A DNA stretch of 64,000 nt from an uncultured cyanobacterium (GTDB lineage: Bacteria; Cyanobacteriota; Cyanobacteriia; Cyanobacteriales; CAWCAG01): positions 224,001 to 288,000 of the forward strand of contig CAWDOD010000011.1 of NCBI GenBank assembly GCA_963803805.1, written 5' to 3'. Under the pieces are notes generated by a model, which was not told the DNA's origin, searched no databases, and saw only the letters and a program-made list of their open reading frames with translations. The stretch's first letter is position 1. Every line of letters begins with the position of its first letter. The position numbers and the translations under genes were made by a program. Shown one piece after another: positions 1-10,445 of the stretch.

Positions 1-2940
1 TAAACCTAAGTGATCGGCAAACTCGTTACTAAAGTTAGTTTCTATATTCTTAATATCTTGTTTAGTTAGTTCTATAGTATTGGTATTTGCAGCAACGCTA
101 TAATTGGCTGAGCTTTGTTCTACTTTTTCTTCATCTTCTGAGATTGTTGTTTCTTCTTCATCTTCTTGAGCGATAGAAGTTATTGGTACAGGACTAGTGA
201 AACTAACTTGCCCCCCTACACCATTTCCCGATGAACTAGCATTGATTTCTCCGGTGGTAATCTGGCCAGCAGCTTTGATGGTAACATTGCCACCATTACC
301 AGGGGAACTAGTATCAAGAGTCCCGGCTGCAGTATTGATGCTGCCGTTACTAATTAGGTTAATGGCACGACCAGGATTAATAATATCCCCAGTGGTTAAG
401 TTTTGGCCCGCTTCTAGGGAGATGGTGGCATTATCTTCTCCTCGTAAAGTTGCTCTTGTGGTATCAATAGAGCCTAGGGGCGATCGCCAAGTTACCGGAT
501 CAGAAAAGCTGATATCATTTGAGAGGATGATGCTACCACTACTGTTATCCCTACCAATGGTGATGGAGTTGAAACCGTTTTTCAAGGCGTTTATATCTGA
601 GAGAAGGAGATCAAGGCTGGCGGTACTACTATCACTGGAGCCGCCGAGGATGATGTTGAGGCTGGGAGTGTAGGGTTGCAAAAGTAGGTTCCCTGTACCA
701 GAGACGGAATTGGTAAAGTTAAGTTCATCCCCTGTTAAGCTGATATCCCCTAAAATGATGAGGTTATTACCATAATTCTGTCCGGCAATTCCTGTGGTGG
801 TAACATTTCCTCCAACTTGAGTTGTTCCACCGCCATTGATGGTTAAGCTGGCAGCGTTGAATGAACTAGCTAAGTTAGTTGTTCCCCCACTATTAAGGAA
901 GACATTCCCCAATGGTGCTGTGTTTCCTACTGGACTAGCAAAGGTAATGTTTCCTGTACCTGTGGTAACAGTAAGGTTGCTGTTTGTACCGTTACCATTG
1001 AGATTTTGAGCAAAAGTAACGTTACCCCCAGCAGTTCCCCCTGTGGCGAGGATTGTTAAAGCTGGATTAGCCACAATTGCATTTCCAGCAAAGTTGATTC
1101 CCCCAGCATTGTGAGCATTACTGGAAGTATCAATGTTACCTAGTAATTGCAGCCCTTGGGAAGCATCAAGATTAATGTTGCCACCGTTGCTATTAGAGGC
1201 TCGACTAGAAGTATTGAGGGAGCCGACATTAACGTTGCCATTGCTAGCACTGATGTTGATGTTACCGCCATTACTTAAGTTGCTACTGGTGTTGAGATTA
1301 CCTACTGTCACCCCTGCACCAGAAATAGCAATATCTCTACCTATTGCAGTGATGCCTTGGTTAAGATCCATAACGAAGGAGCCAACTTGGTTGTGATCAG
1401 CATCAGCAGTAAAGGTTATGTTGCCCTCATTGCCAGGAAAGTTTAAGGATAAGCCTGAATTGAGAATGATATCTCTACTTGCTTCAATAATTAAATTACC
1501 TTGCAATCCTTGTAAGGTATCCCCTGTTGTGGTGTAATTGGGTGCAAAGGCATTGTTGGAGAGGAGAGAATTATCAAGGGGGGTTGCAACCCCACCAGTG
1601 ATTTGAAAATCTTCTGGATCTAAAAGAATTGTACCAATTGTCCCATTAGGAGCATTAGTATCAATATCACCGAGAAAAAAGAGATTTTGCTTTCCGGAAA
1701 CCTCTACAAAGCCCCCGTTACCTCCATTGCTCCCAGCCAGGGCGTTGATACTTCCAGAGAAACTAGTAGTATCTGTAGACCAGAAGATGATTTTACCACC
1801 GTTGCCGATTCCTGCCGTACCGGAGAGGGTATTAGCTTGGAACAAGGAGTCGCTACTAACATAGATGCGTTGAGCTTTGGGCAGGTTTCCTTGCCCTCTA
1901 ACATCTCCCCCGACTAAAATCTGACCTCCACCGGCCTCCCCAGAGGCGTTAAGATGGCTATGGAAAATACCTATTTTATCTCCCAAAATAGTAATGTTTC
2001 CTGCTGTCGTACCAGAAGTATCAAGATTGCTAGAGATAATAGTTGTACCTGGATCGGTGGGTATGGTTGTACCGGAAAAAGTTAATTCGACTGTGGCACC
2101 ATTGGCAGTTAATCCTGTATTCACAGCCCCTGCCCCCGTTAATAAAGCAGGTATATCTAAAGGGGTGATTGGTAAAACTTGACCGTTATTATTTCTGGGG
2201 GGTTGAATTTCTAGGCTAAGTATTTGTCCTGATTGAGAAATTCTAATGGTGCTGCTGTTGGCAACAGAGGAGATTAAAATCTGTCCTCCTGGAGTGTTCA
2301 CCGTACCTGTATTAACTACAGTTGCTCCCAAGAGGGTTAAATCTTTTCCCTCTGCTAAGTTTAAGTTGCCAGCATTAATAATTGCCCCTGAGTTAGCAAA
2401 ATCAAAGGCGAATTGAGTAGGATCACCAGTTAAGCCTCCATAAGTATTGTTACTGAAAGCCTCAAACCACTGGCCGTTACCAAAGCCAATACCTGTGGCA
2501 GTAGTAGCGGTAAAATCCCCACCAATATTCAATTGGGAACCGGCTCCAAAAACAATACCTGCCGGATTCATTAAAAACAAATTGGCATTACTACCACTTA
2601 CTTTAATTAAGCCATTAATAATGGAAGGATCGCCCCCAACAACTCGACTTAAAATATTACTAATACTAGGATCGGCCAGAAAGTTAGCAATTTGACTAGA
2701 GCTTAAACCAAATTGTTGAAAACTGTGAAATAAGTTGCTTCCGTCGACAGAGCGAGAGCCACCAACTATCTGAAATTCATTACCAACAGGAATGACTATT
2801 GTGCCTGTCCCATCAACTGCTTCTGTGACTGGCTGTCCCCAAGTAGGGTTGCTATTAGTTAAAGCTAAACTAATTAGAATTGCTTTAGTACAAAACGCTA
2901 CTTTGAATAAATTACTACTGGCTTTTAGGGGGCATTTCAT
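1..2940 (-). CDS. Large secreted filamentous-haemagglutinin N-terminal-domain (TPS-type) exoprotein; 3' end runs off the window, possibly into a CHAT domain
   Basis: Absent from the ORF track because no stop lies inside the window. ATG at 2940 reads MKCPLKASSNYFKVAFCTKAILISLALTNSNPTWGQPVTEAVDGTGT...SNLFHSFQQFGL...LMNPAGIVFG, typical haemagglutination-activity-domain motifs, then Gly/Asn/Thr-rich beta-helix repeats. The same frame is open at position 1 (...IETNFSNEFADHLGL). The short + strand ORFs here are antisense shadows. Confidence 0.9.
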   Translation of the reverse strand, partial: MKCPLKASSNLFKVAFCTKAILISLALTNSNPTWGQPVTEAVDGTGTIVIPVGNEFQIVGGSRSVDGSNLFHSFQQFGLSSSQIANFLADPSISNILSRVVGGDPSIINGLIKVSGSNANLFLMNPAGIVFGAGSQLNIGGDFTATTATGIGFGNGQWFEAFSNNTYGGLTGDPTQFAFDFANSGAIINAGNLNLAEGKDLTLLGATVVNTGTVNTPGGQILISSVANSSTIRISQSGQILSLEIQPPRNNNGQVLPITPLDIPALLTGAGAVNTGLTANGATVELTFSGTTIPTDPGTTIISSNLDTSGTTAGNITILGDKIGIFHSHLNASGEAGGGQILVGGDVRGQGNLPKAQRIYVSSDSLFQANTLSGTAGIGNGGKIIFWSTDTTSFSGSINALAGSNGGNGGFVEVSGKQNLFFLGDIDTNAPNGTIGTILLDPEDFQITGGVATPLDNSLLSNNAFAPNYTTTGDTLQGLQGNLIIEASRDIILNSGLSLNFPGNEGNITFTADADHNQVGSFVMDLNQGITAIGRDIAISGAGVTVGNLNTSSNLSNGGNINISASNGNVNVGSLNTSSRASNSNGGNINLDASQGLQLLGNIDTSSNAHNAGGINFAGNAIVANPALTILATGGTAGGNVTFAQNLNGNGTNSNLTVTTGTGNITFASPVGNTAPLGNVFLNSGGTTNLASSFNAASLTINGGGTTQVGGNVTTTGIAGQNYGNNLIILGDISLTGDELNFTNSVSGTGNLLLQPYTPSLNIILGGSSDSSTASLDLLLSDINALKNGFNSITIGRDNSSGSIILSNDISFSDPVTWRSPLGSIDTTRATLRGEDNATISLEAGQNLTTGDIINPGRAINLISNGSINTAAGTLDTSSPGNGGNVTIKAAGQITTGEINASSSGNGVGGQVSFTSPVPITSIAQEDEEETTISEDEEKVEQSSANYSVAANTNTIELTKQDIKNIETNFSNEFADHLGL

Positions 2941-3524
2941 GGATAGCTCGCCCAATGGGTGTTTAGGGTTTATTTGGGACAGAATTACGCTAACTTAAGC
3001 TAGGCTCATTGACATATCAAAGAAGGAATATATTTTCCTAAGTAGAAAATATATAAATATATATAAGGGTAGATTCCTTTTGTTGTTAGGTAATTATTCT
3101 CATTTATTATGATGACTTAATAGTTGGCAGGATTCCAATTCTACCATCTCATATTCTACAGCCAGAAATAAATTAAACCAGAGCAATATTGCTAAAAACT
3201 CAGCTTTAAAGTTTCTTTACTTTAAGTACTTTAAACTAATTTAGTTGTAAAAATAATACGAATTTTGTGTCTGGGTATACATAAGTCATGGAGATATTAC
3301 TTATAACATCTATAGAGATGTAAATCTTTCTAGCTGTTTCCCCTTTATCCAGTACTGATAAGTAGAGTTTGGCTGTCTAATAAGAATTTTTGCTATAGAA
3401 GTTACTTTCTTAAGCTGGAATTCAGTGCTAGCATTTATTCATAGACTTAAATAAATAATAAAATATTTTACATAGATTTGAGTCAATAATTGTTGCATCA
3501 CTATTTTAGATTGTCACCTTCTTT

Positions 3525-3734
3525 ATGAACTACCTCATTTTCTATACCCTCGGCATCGGTTCGATCTTGACAGGTGTTAGGACAAATGACGAAATTCACC
3601 GTTTAGCTTTAGTCTCAACGGGTTTGATTGGCTTAAGTTGGGGATATTTTTCTAGTCCTCTACTACTTCAAGGGCTAGGTACAATTTTACTACTCGGTTT
3701 GTACAAGTTTTATACTTCCTTGAGCAGCCGTTAG
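3525..3734 (+). CDS. Small hydrophobic membrane protein, hypothetical
   Basis: 69-aa ORF with 2-3 hydrophobic segments, co-oriented just upstream of the antiporter. Confidence 0.6.
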   Translation: MNYLIFYTLGIGSILTGVRTNDEIHRLALVSTGLIGLSWGYFSSPLLLQGLGTILLLGLYKFYTSLSSR

Positions 3735-3793
3735 TTCTTTACATCAATTGACTTGCAATTCTTTTTAGAAATTAACGAAGAGAAATTATTACC

Positions 3794-5200
3794 ATGTTTT
3801 CTTACCTAGACAGTATCGATATTTGGGGGAGGAACTTAATTTCCCCTGTGTTGGCAACAGCAGCAAACCCAGAACAAGGATCTTTTGTTCTCGCTGGGGT
3901 TCTACTCAGCTTAGTTGTAGTTTATATAGCGAGTAAATTAGGAGGAGAGTTATCTAAATCTGTTGATTTACCCCCTGTTTTGGGAGAACTAGTTGGCGGT
4001 GTTTTGGTGGGAGTTTCGGCTTTGCATTTGTTAGTTTTTCCCGAAGGAGGAGCGCAAGCCACTGATTCATTATTAATGACAATTTTACAACTTATCGGTA
4101 ACTTAAGCCCCGATGCAGCACAGGAAGTTTTTGCGACTCAAAGTGAGGTTCTTTCTGTTTTAGCAGAATTGGGGGTGATTATTCTCTTATTTGAAATCGG
4201 TTTAGAGTCGGATTTAAGGGAACTACAAAAAGTTGGCTACCAAGCGGCTGTGGTGGCTGTGGTGGGAGTGGCAGCTCCTTTTTTGGCTGGTACAGCAGGA
4301 TTAATGTTCTTTTTCGGTGTACCAGCAATTCCAGCAATCTTTGCAGGGGCAGCTTTAACTGCTACTAGTATTGGTATCACTTCTAAAGTACTTTCAGAAA
4401 TAGGACATCTAAAATCTAAAGAAGGACAAATTATTGTTGGCGCGGCGGTTATTGATGATGTGCTAGGTATTATTGTTTTAGCCGTTGTGGCAAGTTTAGC
4501 TAAAACAGGAGAAGTAGATATTAATAATGTTATCTATTTAGTTATTAGTGCTACTGCTTTTCTCCTTGGTGCTATTTTCTTGGGTAAGTTCTTTAACCAA
4601 AGTTTTGTTACCATAGCTGCAAAGTTGCAAACCAGAGGTAATTTAGTAATTCCCGCTTTTACCTTTGCTTTTTTAATGGCTTTTCTTGCTAATGCTATTC
4701 ACTTAGAAGCAATCCTGGGTGCTTTCGCCGCAGGTTTGGTTCTTGATGAAACCGATAAGCGTAAGGAGTTAGATCAGCAGGTAATTCCCATTGCGGATAT
4801 TCTCGTACCGATTTTTTTTGTGACAGTAGGTGCTAAAGCAGATTTAGGAGTTCTTAATCCTGCTGTGCCTGCAAACCGAGAAGGGCTGGTTATTGCCGCA
4901 TTTTTAATTGTGGTAGCCATTTTGGGTAAAATCATCACCGGTTGGACAGTATTTGGCAAGGAAAAACTCAATCGTTTGGCGATTGGAGTAGGCATGATTC
5001 CCCGTGGAGAAGTGGGGCTGGTGTTTGCAGGGATTGGTTCAGCAAGTGGTGTTTTGAGCAAACCCTTAGAGGCAGCGATTATTATTATGGTAATTTTAAC
5101 GACTTTCATCGCTCCACCTTTTTTGAGGTTAGCATTTGGTGATCAAGAGGTAGAGGAGGTAAAAGAATCAGCTACTAAAGCGGCTAATGTTAAAGTTTAA
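3794..5200 (+). CDS. nhaS3: CPA2-family Na+/H+ antiporter (NhaS3 type)
   Basis: Multi-TM protein with LFEIGLESD, TATSIGIT, GAAVIDDVLG and GMIPRGEVGL motifs. Confidence 0.85.
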   Translation: MFSYLDSIDIWGRNLISPVLATAANPEQGSFVLAGVLLSLVVVYIASKLGGELSKSVDLPPVLGELVGGVLVGVSALHLLVFPEGGAQATDSLLMTILQLIGNLSPDAAQEVFATQSEVLSVLAELGVIILLFEIGLESDLRELQKVGYQAAVVAVVGVAAPFLAGTAGLMFFFGVPAIPAIFAGAALTATSIGITSKVLSEIGHLKSKEGQIIVGAAVIDDVLGIIVLAVVASLAKTGEVDINNVIYLVISATAFLLGAIFLGKFFNQSFVTIAAKLQTRGNLVIPAFTFAFLMAFLANAIHLEAILGAFAAGLVLDETDKRKELDQQVIPIADILVPIFFVTVGAKADLGVLNPAVPANREGLVIAAFLIVVAILGKIITGWTVFGKEKLNRLAIGVGMIPRGEVGLVFAGIGSASGVLSKPLEAAIIIMVILTTFIAPPFLRLAFGDQEVEEVKESATKAANVKV

Positions 5201-5241
5201 GTTTAAGTTTAGGTAATACTAAAAGCAGTTAAATAATATTT

Positions 5242-5274
5242 ATGGGTGGAAAATTTTGTAATTCCACCCATTTT
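5242..5274. terminator. Intrinsic terminator hairpin between convergent genes
   Basis: ATGGGTGGAA...TTCCACCCAT inverted repeat followed by TTT. Confidence 0.65.
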
Positions 5275-5337
5275 GCTATTTCTTCTTTTCCGAGAATCTC
5301 AACTGTATGTAGTTCTTAGCTATTACCTCTGTCCCAA

Positions 5338-7515
5338 TTAGCGATCGCTAATTCCTAATTGCTTAATTTCGGGATTATAAATAAGTAAATAATTCCAGTA
5401 ATTACCAAAAACAGACTCTACATAACCTTTGGTTTCCGGAAAAGGAATATTTTCCACAAAAACATCAGGATCTTCCTTGGCGTATTCTTGTAACCATTTA
5501 CTCACATTACCTGGTCCTGCATTATAACTTGCGATCGCAAGTAAAGAATTATTTTCATATTCTTGGTGAGTATACTTGAAAAACCAAGTACCAATGGTAA
5601 CATTATCATTAGGCTCGGTAAGAGAATAATCTTTAAGATTGATTTTTTGGGCTACCCATTCCCCTGTAGAAGGTAGAACTTGCATTAAACCTACTGCCCC
5701 CGCCGAAGAGCGAATTTCCTTTTCAAATCTTGATTCTTGGCGGATTAAGGAAGTAACCAGAAGAGGATTAAGTTGCCTTTCTTCAGACCATTTGAGAATA
5801 ACTTCTTGGTAAGGAAAAGGGAAAAGTGCTTGCCAATAATCTGGGCGTTGCCGTAGGATTTCCCATTGTTCTTTTTCTTCAGGTTCGCTGCGAAGTTTAA
5901 GACTCCAAATTTTCCCAATGGCTTGAATATATTCTTGTTTATTTAACATCAACAAACCATCAGTAAATTCTTCATTAACCGTCAGTTCTTCTTTACCCCC
6001 TACTTCACCTTGCCACAACATTTTGGCTTCATAATCTTGCCCAAGTTGATAAAGTTCTTGAAACTGTTGTGATCCGGCGGGAGGGGCAAATCTAATTTGA
6101 GGTTTAACAACTTCTGGATCTAACTGCCAAACACTATCAAAGTCTCCCACATTCATACCTAATAAAGATGCAGAACGCCAAGCGTAGTAGGAGTGGGGAT
6201 AAGTAGCCAAAATGTAGCGAAAGGTTTTTTCTGCCTCTTGGGTTTTGCCTAATTGTTGTCCCCACTTCCCAACCCAAAAAGCCGCTTTAGGAGTAACATC
6301 ACTTTGGGGATTATTGGCAATAATTTTTTCTGCCCAAGCTGAAGCCTTTTCTAACTCTCCTTTTTCTGCAAATTTTTTGGCCACTTGCCAACGATACTCT
6401 GCTGTTGTATCAGATTCAGGATATTTATCGAGGAGAAATTGACGAACTTGGGAAGCGGAAGTTTTGCTTCTCATTTTGTCCAACAAATTAGCTTTTTTCA
6501 GCAAAATATCCGAGGCGGTATCAGGAAAAGTAGCGATCGCCTGATCGTAATATTTAATAGCATCTTTGCTGTCGGATAAACTAGCTAAGTGTTTGAGTGC
6601 TAAACTAGCTTCTTCTGTATCAGGAAACTGCTTAAGAAACGCTTGATAATTAGCTTTAGCGGCTTCGGTTTTACCTGTTAAGTGCAAACCCCTGGCAATG
6701 CGATAGAGGTTTGGGGAAGTAGGGGGAGTTTTTTGATAGGCTGGTATCGCTTTGGTGTAAAGATCATTTTGCCAATAAAAATCGGCGATTCCTTGCCAAT
6801 TCTCTGAAGATAGCTGATTAGTTGTATCAGCAATTCCTTTCTCCAATTTTTCCAACAAACCAGGGCTATCGGGGGCATATTCAATCAACCACAAAACCAA
6901 TTCCAACTGGTCAGGATTTTTTTCCAAACGTTCCCTAACCATTTGACTAGTAAGGGGATGGTAAGGAAATTCCGAGATAGCCTGATCCCAATATTGGGCA
7001 TCAGTTTTGCCTAAGTCATAAAGGGCTTTAACAATAACTGGATCTTGGGGATAATCTTCTAATAACTGGTTTAAAACGTCCTTTTCTTTCTCCAACTCCC
7101 CAGTTAATTCGTAAGCAGCAGCTTGTTGCAGGGCAATTTGCGGCGCGAGAACAGGATAATTTTTTTCTAAACCATCTAACCGTTTCAGGGCTTCTTGCCC
7201 TTGTTTTTGGGCAATTAAATCAGCAGCTAATAAGTAACGGGCGCGATATTGATCTAAGGATTTTTTACTCTCAGCAATTGATTGCAACTCAGCTTCCCTT
7301 TCCTGGGCTGGTAAAGTTGCTAAAGGCAAAACTTGAGAATTGGCATCTTCCTTTTGCTTACGCTGAGATGATAACAGTTCCGGATTCTCTCTCCTTAAAA
7401 TCCCCAACCAACCCCGTTGGGTAGCTAACCAAAAAGTAGCCCCCAAACCAGAACCAAGTATCACTACCAAAGCGATCGCTAAAGGAAGATTATTATATTT
7501 TTGCTGCTTCCCCAT
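5338..7515 (-). CDS. Lytic murein transglycosylase (SLT domain) with TPR repeats and N-terminal TM anchor
   Basis: C-terminal IRQESRF, AVGLMQV and ASYNAGPGNV, ETKGYV motifs; TPR-like helical middle. Confidence 0.92.
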   Translation of the reverse strand: MGKQQKYNNLPLAIALVVILGSGLGATFWLATQRGWLGILRRENPELLSSQRKQKEDANSQVLPLATLPAQEREAELQSIAESKKSLDQYRARYLLAADLIAQKQGQEALKRLDGLEKNYPVLAPQIALQQAAAYELTGELEKEKDVLNQLLEDYPQDPVIVKALYDLGKTDAQYWDQAISEFPYHPLTSQMVRERLEKNPDQLELVLWLIEYAPDSPGLLEKLEKGIADTTNQLSSENWQGIADFYWQNDLYTKAIPAYQKTPPTSPNLYRIARGLHLTGKTEAAKANYQAFLKQFPDTEEASLALKHLASLSDSKDAIKYYDQAIATFPDTASDILLKKANLLDKMRSKTSASQVRQFLLDKYPESDTTAEYRWQVAKKFAEKGELEKASAWAEKIIANNPQSDVTPKAAFWVGKWGQQLGKTQEAEKTFRYILATYPHSYYAWRSASLLGMNVGDFDSVWQLDPEVVKPQIRFAPPAGSQQFQELYQLGQDYEAKMLWQGEVGGKEELTVNEEFTDGLLMLNKQEYIQAIGKIWSLKLRSEPEEKEQWEILRQRPDYWQALFPFPYQEVILKWSEERQLNPLLVTSLIRQESRFEKEIRSSAGAVGLMQVLPSTGEWVAQKINLKDYSLTEPNDNVTIGTWFFKYTHQEYENNSLLAIASYNAGPGNVSKWLQEYAKEDPDVFVENIPFPETKGYVESVFGNYWNYLLIYNPEIKQLGISDR

Positions 7516-7569
7516 ATCAGTTATCAGTTATCAGTTTTCAATGATGCCTATGGCAACGGTAAGCCGAAC
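7515..7569. repeat. Heptamer tandem repeat (TATCAGT)x3 followed by a small dispersed repeat-like element GCCTATGGCAACGGTAAGCCGAAC
   Basis: Seen directly; a related element GCCTTACGGCAACGCTTACGTTAAC is at 62044. Confidence 0.55.
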
Positions 7570-7695
7570 AATGATTCAGTTAGTTATTAGTTTTCGATGA
7601 GCCATCAGTTCTTCTTCTTTACCTTTTTCCTGTTTCCCCATCTCTTTGTTATTCAACTAAAATACAAGTTATCCGTACAGAGATTAAAACAAGGA

Positions 7696-9174
7696 ATGCA
7701 AATTCGAGGAACGAATCAATCCCAGTTAGACTGGACTGGTGATGCCCTAGCTGTGGGCTTATTTGAAGAATCTGTTGAAGTTGCTGGCGAACTGGCAACC
7801 TTAGATGAAAAGTTAGCTGGAACCATTGAAGAATTAATTACAGAAACAGAATTTAAAGCCAAGGCTAACAGTACGGCGGTAACTCGCGTTGGTAGTAATA
7901 GCCCCGTTCGGAAAATTATTTTAGTTGGTTTAGGCAAGCCTGACGAACTAAATTTAGACTGTTTGCGCCGTTGTGGGGCTGCAATCGCCAGAACTGCTAA
8001 ACAGGAGAAAGTTAAGACTTTAGGTATTAGTTTACCTGTAGTTGCAGAAGATGCTGCTACTACGGCTCAAGTTATTACTGAAGGCATAGTTTTAGCCCTA
8101 CATCAAGATAAACGCTTTAAATCTGATCCAGAAGATAAAAAAGAACCAAACTTAGAAACTGTTGATTTATTGGGTTTATCAGGGCAAGAAGCAGCTATCA
8201 GCCATGCTGAACAAGTTTGTGCTGGGGTTATTTTAGCGCGGGAATTAGTGGCAGCCCCGGCTAATACCGTAACTCCCCTTACTATGGCCGAAACAGCCCA
8301 GGAAATTGCTTCTGAACATGGTTTGGAGTTAGAAATTCTAGAACGGGAAGATTGTGAGAAACTGGGGATGGGAGCCTTTTTAGGGGTAGCAATGGCTTCT
8401 GATTTACCTCCTAAGTTTATTCACCTTACCTATAAACCCCAAGGTACACCACGACGTAAGCTAGCCATTGTGGGCAAAGGAGTTACCTTTGATTCTGGGG
8501 GCTTGAATATTAAAGGGGTGGGTAGCGGCATTGAAACCATGAAAATGGATATGGGGGGCGGTGCAGCTACTTTAGGTACAGCCAAAGCTATTGGTTTGCT
8601 TAAGCCTGATGTTGAGGTTCATTTTATTAGTGCTGCAACAGAAAATATGATTAGCGGCCATGCTATGCACCCTGGAGATGTTTTAACTGCTTCCAATGGC
8701 AAAACTATCGAAGTGAATAATACTGATGCAGAAGGACGCTTAACCCTCGCTGATGCTTTAGTCTTCGCTGAAAAGTTAGAAGTAGATGCCATCGTTGATC
8801 TGGCTACCTTGACGGGGGCTTGTATTGTAGCCCTTGGTAAGGATATAGCGGGTTTGTGGAGTAGCGACGATAGCTTAGGGACAGAAATTAAAGCAGCAGC
8901 AGAAGCAGCGGGGGAAAAGTTTTGGCAAATGCCCATGGAAGAGAAGTATTTTAAGGGTTTAAAATCTCCCATTGCGGATATGAAAAATACTGGGCCCCGT
9001 GCTGGCGGTTCCATCACCGCAGCGTTATTCTTAAAACAGTTTGTAGAAAAAACTCCTTGGGCCCATTTAGATGTGGCAGGGCCAGTTTGGACAGATAAAA
9101 ACAATGGAGTTGATAATTCTGGGGCCACTGGTTTCCCCGTTAGAACCTTGGTTAATTGGGTTTTGCATAGTTGA
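7696..9174 (+). CDS. pepA: Leucyl aminopeptidase (M17)
   Basis: [27 protein letters not shown] motifs; start moved to the ATG at 7696, preceded by AAGGA. Confidence 0.95.
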   Translation: MQIRGTNQSQLDWTGDALAVGLFEESVEVAGELATLDEKLAGTIEELITETEFKAKANSTAVTRVGSNSPVRKIILVGLGKPDELNLDCLRRCGAAIARTAKQEKVKTLGISLPVVAEDAATTAQVITEGIVLALHQDKRFKSDPEDKKEPNLETVDLLGLSGQEAAISHAEQVCAGVILARELVAAPANTVTPLTMAETAQEIASEHGLELEILEREDCEKLGMGAFLGVAMASDLPPKFIHLTYKPQGTPRRKLAIVGKGVTFDSGGLNIKGVGSGIETMKMDMGGGAATLGTAKAIGLLKPDVEVHFISAATENMISGHAMHPGDVLTASNGKTIEVNNTDAEGRLTLADALVFAEKLEVDAIVDLATLTGACIVALGKDIAGLWSSDDSLGTEIKAAAEAAGEKFWQMPMEEKYFKGLKSPIADMKNTGPRAGGSITAALFLKQFVEKTPWAHLDVAGPVWTDKNNGVDNSGATGFPVRTLVNWVLHS

Positions 9175-9195
9175 TTAACCAACTACCCAAAAACA

Positions 9196-9236
9196 GTAAT
9201 TGACGCTTAAGGTGATCTTCCTTAAGCGTCAATTAC
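9196..9236. terminator. Strong hairpin downstream of pepA
   Basis: GTAATTGACGCTTAAGG/CCTTAAGCGTCAATTAC 17-bp perfect stem. Confidence 0.7.
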
Positions 9237-9560
9237 AACCCAAAACCTAGAATTGCACACAGATTTAAAATTAATTGATATTTGTGGATGTCATACTAAT
9301 TATTAAGAGCATGACGATTTTTTTTGATGGTTACACCTCCTGGCCTTTAATTTAGCTATAGGTATTAAATTGTGCTACTTAATTCAATAGTTAATACACC
9401 CTGAATAAAAACAACTCATCTAATTTGCTCCTATAAACATCATCTAAGATGTATGTTTGCGCTCGTGTATACGTTGGTGTTGATTTTTGTATACGTTTAG
9501 GGAAAATTAGAAAAACGTTTACTTTTTCAAGGAGAAGGGGAAAGATTTTGCCAAAACAAA

Positions 9561-9591
9561 AGCAGAGAGTTAATTAATTTAACTCTCTGCT
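9561..9591 (-). terminator. Terminator downstream of the tRNA
   Basis: AGCAGAGAGTTAA/TTAACTCTCTGCT stem, T-rich tail on the minus strand. Confidence 0.65.
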
Positions 9592-9600
9592 TCCAATAGA

Positions 9601-9674
9601 CGGGCCAGGAGGGATTCGAACCCCCGACACCGTGGTCCGTAGCCACGTGCTCTAGTCCACTGAGCTACAGGCCC
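9601..9674 (-). tRNA. trnR: tRNA-Arg (anticodon ACG)
   Basis: Reverse complement GGGCCTGTAGCTCAGTGGACTAGAGCACGTGGCTACGGACCACGGTGTCGGGGGTTCGAATCCCTCCTGGCCCG folds as a cloverleaf; anticodon arm CGTGG-CTACGGA-CCACG; CCA not encoded. Confidence 0.97.
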
Positions 9675-9712
9675 CTATCTAGATATATTACCTTAGCATA
9701 TAATCTCAAAAC

Positions 9713-10222
9713 ATGGAACAAAATTCTTCTACCCCAAACCAGCTAACCCATTTAGATAGTCAAGGGCAAGCCCAAATGGTTGATGTCTCCCATAAAGATG
9801 TTACCCGTCGCCAAGCGGTTGCGCTCGGACAAGTGAGGATGTTACCGAGTACCCTGGAAGCTATTGAAGCAGGCAATACTCCCAAAGGAGATGTTTTGGG
9901 TACAGCGAGGTTGGCTGGTATTATGGCAGCCAAGCAAACAGCCCAACTTATTCCTCTCTGCCATCCTCTACCTTTACATAAAGTAGAAGTTAGTTTAACC
10001 GCAGCCCCTCAGTTACCAGGTTATTTTATTCAAGCCTCTGTGATTACTAAAGCAGAAACAGGAGTAGAAATGGAAGCTTTGACAGCCGTTTCTGTCGCTG
10101 CCTTAACTTTATACGATATGGCTAAGGCTTTGGAAAAGTCTATGGAAATTGGCAATATTCATTTGCTTAGTAAGACTGGGGGTAAGTCTGGAAGTTGGAA
10201 GGCTGGGCAATCACAGAGTTAA
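9713..10222 (+). CDS. moaC: Cyclic pyranopterin monophosphate synthase
   Basis: LTHLD...[29 protein letters not shown] motifs. Confidence 0.96.
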   Translation: MEQNSSTPNQLTHLDSQGQAQMVDVSHKDVTRRQAVALGQVRMLPSTLEAIEAGNTPKGDVLGTARLAGIMAAKQTAQLIPLCHPLPLHKVEVSLTAAPQLPGYFIQASVITKAETGVEMEALTAVSVAALTLYDMAKALEKSMEIGNIHLLSKTGGKSGSWKAGQSQS

Positions 10223-10445
10223 ATAAAGGCTATTACTTTCCTCTCTAAGCTGCTGGCAGCATTAGCTCATTTTCGACCATCTTAATAGGTTGTTGTAAAG
10301 ATTTTCAATCACTGGTTTTCCCCCATGAACTATCTCTAAATAGCAAATACCGTGCTTAGACAAAGCGTAATACTAGCAGTCAAAGAAGATTTAGCTTAAC
10401 CTCAAAAGTATAACTACTTAACTTTCTCTTTCCAACCCAAAACCA

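Noticed and set aside
197-2998. Plus-strand ORFs in the ORF track
   Set aside because: Antisense shadows of the large minus-strand exoprotein gene
9601-9674. tRNA as integration site of an island
   Set aside because: No integrase and no duplicated tRNA 3' end seen in the window
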